Assembly: GCA_963747235.1 (NCBI GenBank)
Contig: CAVVEU010000020.1
Span: forward strand, 96,001-160,000
From: an uncultured Candidatus Rokubacteria bacterium
GTDB taxonomy: Bacteria > Methylomirabilota > Methylomirabilia > Rokubacteriales > CSP1-6
DNA length: 64,000 nucleotides
Reading direction: 5' to 3'
Positions 62,510 through 64,000 of this stretch are shown in pieces; position 1 is the first letter of the stretch, and each line of letters begins with the position of its first letter. The position numbers and the translations under genes are program-made. The notes under the pieces are model-generated. The model was not told the origin of the DNA and ran no database searches. It worked only from the letters and a program-made list of their open reading frames with translations.

Positions 62510-63848
62510 TTACTTGCCGCCGTCGTAGAGCTCGGTCCGGGCGGTGCCCCGCTGGAAGGTGAGGTACTCCTCCTTGGTCATGCGCGGCTTCCAGGCCTTG
62601 AGGATGTCGCGCGCGGCGCCCGCGTCGTCCCAGAGCATGTCCACCGCCATCAGCGCGAGCTGCTTGGCCGGCTCCACGTAGGCGAGCTTCGGATCCGCGA
62701 TCGCGTAGTCGGCCCCGTGGCCGCCGCCGGTGGCCCCGCCCATGTACGGATGAAGGGTCGGCATCACGTGGGAGATATCGCCCATGTCGGTCGAGCCGCT
62801 GCGATGACCCGACTCGGTCACCTGGTCGGCGCCCAGCAGCGCCGCCGCGTTGGCCTTGAACTGCTCCGCCATGCCCATGTGGTTGAAGAGCGGCAGGTAG
62901 CCGGGCAGCGTCTCGATCTCCACCTGGGCGCCGAGCGCGAGCGCGCCCGCGCGGAGCGCGCGGTCCACGCGCCGGTTGGCGTCGAGGATCGCCTCCACCG
63001 TCTTGCCGCGGACGTAGGTCTCGAGACGCACCTCGCCCGGGATCACGTTCACCTGGCTGCCGCCGTGGGTGATGATCGGGTGCACGCGGATGGAGTCCTC
63101 GTCGCGGAAGGTCTCCCGGATCGCGTTGATCGCGGCGAGGCCGATGTTGGCCGCGTAGAGCGCGTTGATCCCCATGTGCGGGCGCGCCGCCCGCGTGGGA
63201 GGCGCGGCCGATGTAGCGCACCGTCTTCACGAGGCAGCCGTTGTTGGAGGCGGCCACGCCCGCCTTCTTCATGTCGGGCTGCGACGTGGTGTGGATCATC
63301 ATGGCGAGGTCCACGTCGTCGAAGTGGCCGAGGCGGAGCAGCTCGGGCTTGCCGCCCAGGAACTCGAGGCGTCCCGCGCGCGCCTGCTGCACGCGCCACT
63401 CGACGTCGCCGTACTCCTCCGCGGGCACCGCGAAGAACACCACGCGGCCGGCCAGGTGCTCGAAGGCGCGCGCCTCGCAGAGCCCCATCGCGGCGCCGAG
63501 GAGCCCCGCGATCTGGGCATTGTGGCCGCAGGCGTGCGCGGCGCCGGTCTCGGGATCGGCGATCGGGTGCCCCGCCACCACCAGGCCGTCCAGCTCGCCC
63601 AGCAGCGCGAAGGTCGGGCCGTCCTTGACGCCCGCGGCCTCGGCCCGCACGCCGGTGAGCGCGAGGCCGCTCCGCGGCTTCAGGCCGAGCTCGCTCAGGG
63701 TCTCCTCCGCGAGCCGCGCGGTCTTGAACTCCTTGAAGCCCAGCTCGGGCTGGCGGCGAATGCGCTCGCCCAGGCCGATGATGCGCTCCGCGTTGCGGTC
63801 GATGGCCTTGCACACGCTGTTCTTGAGGTCTTGCTTGGTTGTCGCCAC
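62510..63848 (-). CDS. M20 family amidohydrolase (ACY1L2/AbgB-like), one frameshift
   Basis: PELGFKEF, GELDGL, HACGHNAQ, PAEE, SHAGGAP, GSTDMGD. Confidence 0.9.
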
Positions 63849-63857
63849 GAAGCCCTC

Positions 63858-64000
63858 CTAGGAAAGAAAACGGCTGGGGAGAAACGGGGTGATCGACGCC
63901 GGGACGTCGCCGTCGACGATGCAGCGGGTCAGCAGCGCGGCGGTGATGGGCGCCATGAGGATGCCGTTGCGGTAGTGCGCGGTGGCCGCGAAGAGGCCGG
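63858..64000 (-). CDS. FAD-dependent glycine oxidase/ThiO-like protein, C-terminal fragment
   Basis: GLFAATAHYRNGILMAPITA...PFLPSRFLS*. Confidence 0.75.
   Translation of the reverse strand, partial: GLFAATAHYRNGILMAPITAALLTRCIVDGDVPASITPFLPSRFLS

Noticed and set aside
78-63861. Many long antisense or alternate-frame ORFs (e.g. 78..1334+, 1391..3403+, 48479..50278+, 52332..54038-)
   Set aside because: Shadow ORFs opposite well-supported genes, expected at this GC content; no recognisable motifs.
1-64000. CRISPR arrays, tRNA/rRNA genes, IS transposases
   Set aside because: No regularly spaced direct repeats, cloverleaf-like T-loop context or transposase motifs were seen; intergenic gaps are mostly too short.

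Overview
A very GC-rich (roughly 70%) bacterial chromosomal segment with about 60 densely packed housekeeping and accessory genes. No rRNA, tRNA, CRISPR array, prophage or transposase was recognised. The gene repertoire resembles Candidatus Rokubacteria (Methylomirabilota), but that is an impression, not a computed result. About half of the genes are broken by single-base indels, most likely long-read consensus errors, so many CDS calls are reconstructed across frames and most long ORFs in the supplied track are shadow or chimeric ORFs. Contents in order: coxSL-like Mo-hydroxylase; an rlmN-mtaB-mtnP-pfkB-larE-larB-larC operon with no larA; a peptide-ABC binding protein; an ECF sigma/anti-sigma pair with DUF4139- and DUF6607-like exported proteins; thrC-like + sulfur carrier + aminotransferase + glycerate kinase; acyl-CoA/SDR genes; TPR-polB convergent with an SPL-like radical SAM gene; an RRM protein; moeA + a divergent tldD/pmbA pair + split transketolase; an ABC exporter; a GT-C glycosylation cluster; uppP; tcuA; an HD-GYP response regulator; and a canonical tldD-pmbA-tatD-hydrolase-peptidase operon. 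The most interesting signals are non-coding or motif-level: (i) a five-hairpin intergenic RNA candidate at 8487-8710; (ii) two matching GGAACTT-N16-TCT(T/A)A promoters that outline an ECF mini-regulon; (iii) a DtxR/MntR-like palindrome before the DUF6607-like gene; (iv) a riboswitch-like three-stem leader before the thrC-like/sulfur-carrier operon; (v) beta-clamp-binding tails on both PolB and the neighbouring radical SAM protein; (vi) repeated leaderless-type promoters.
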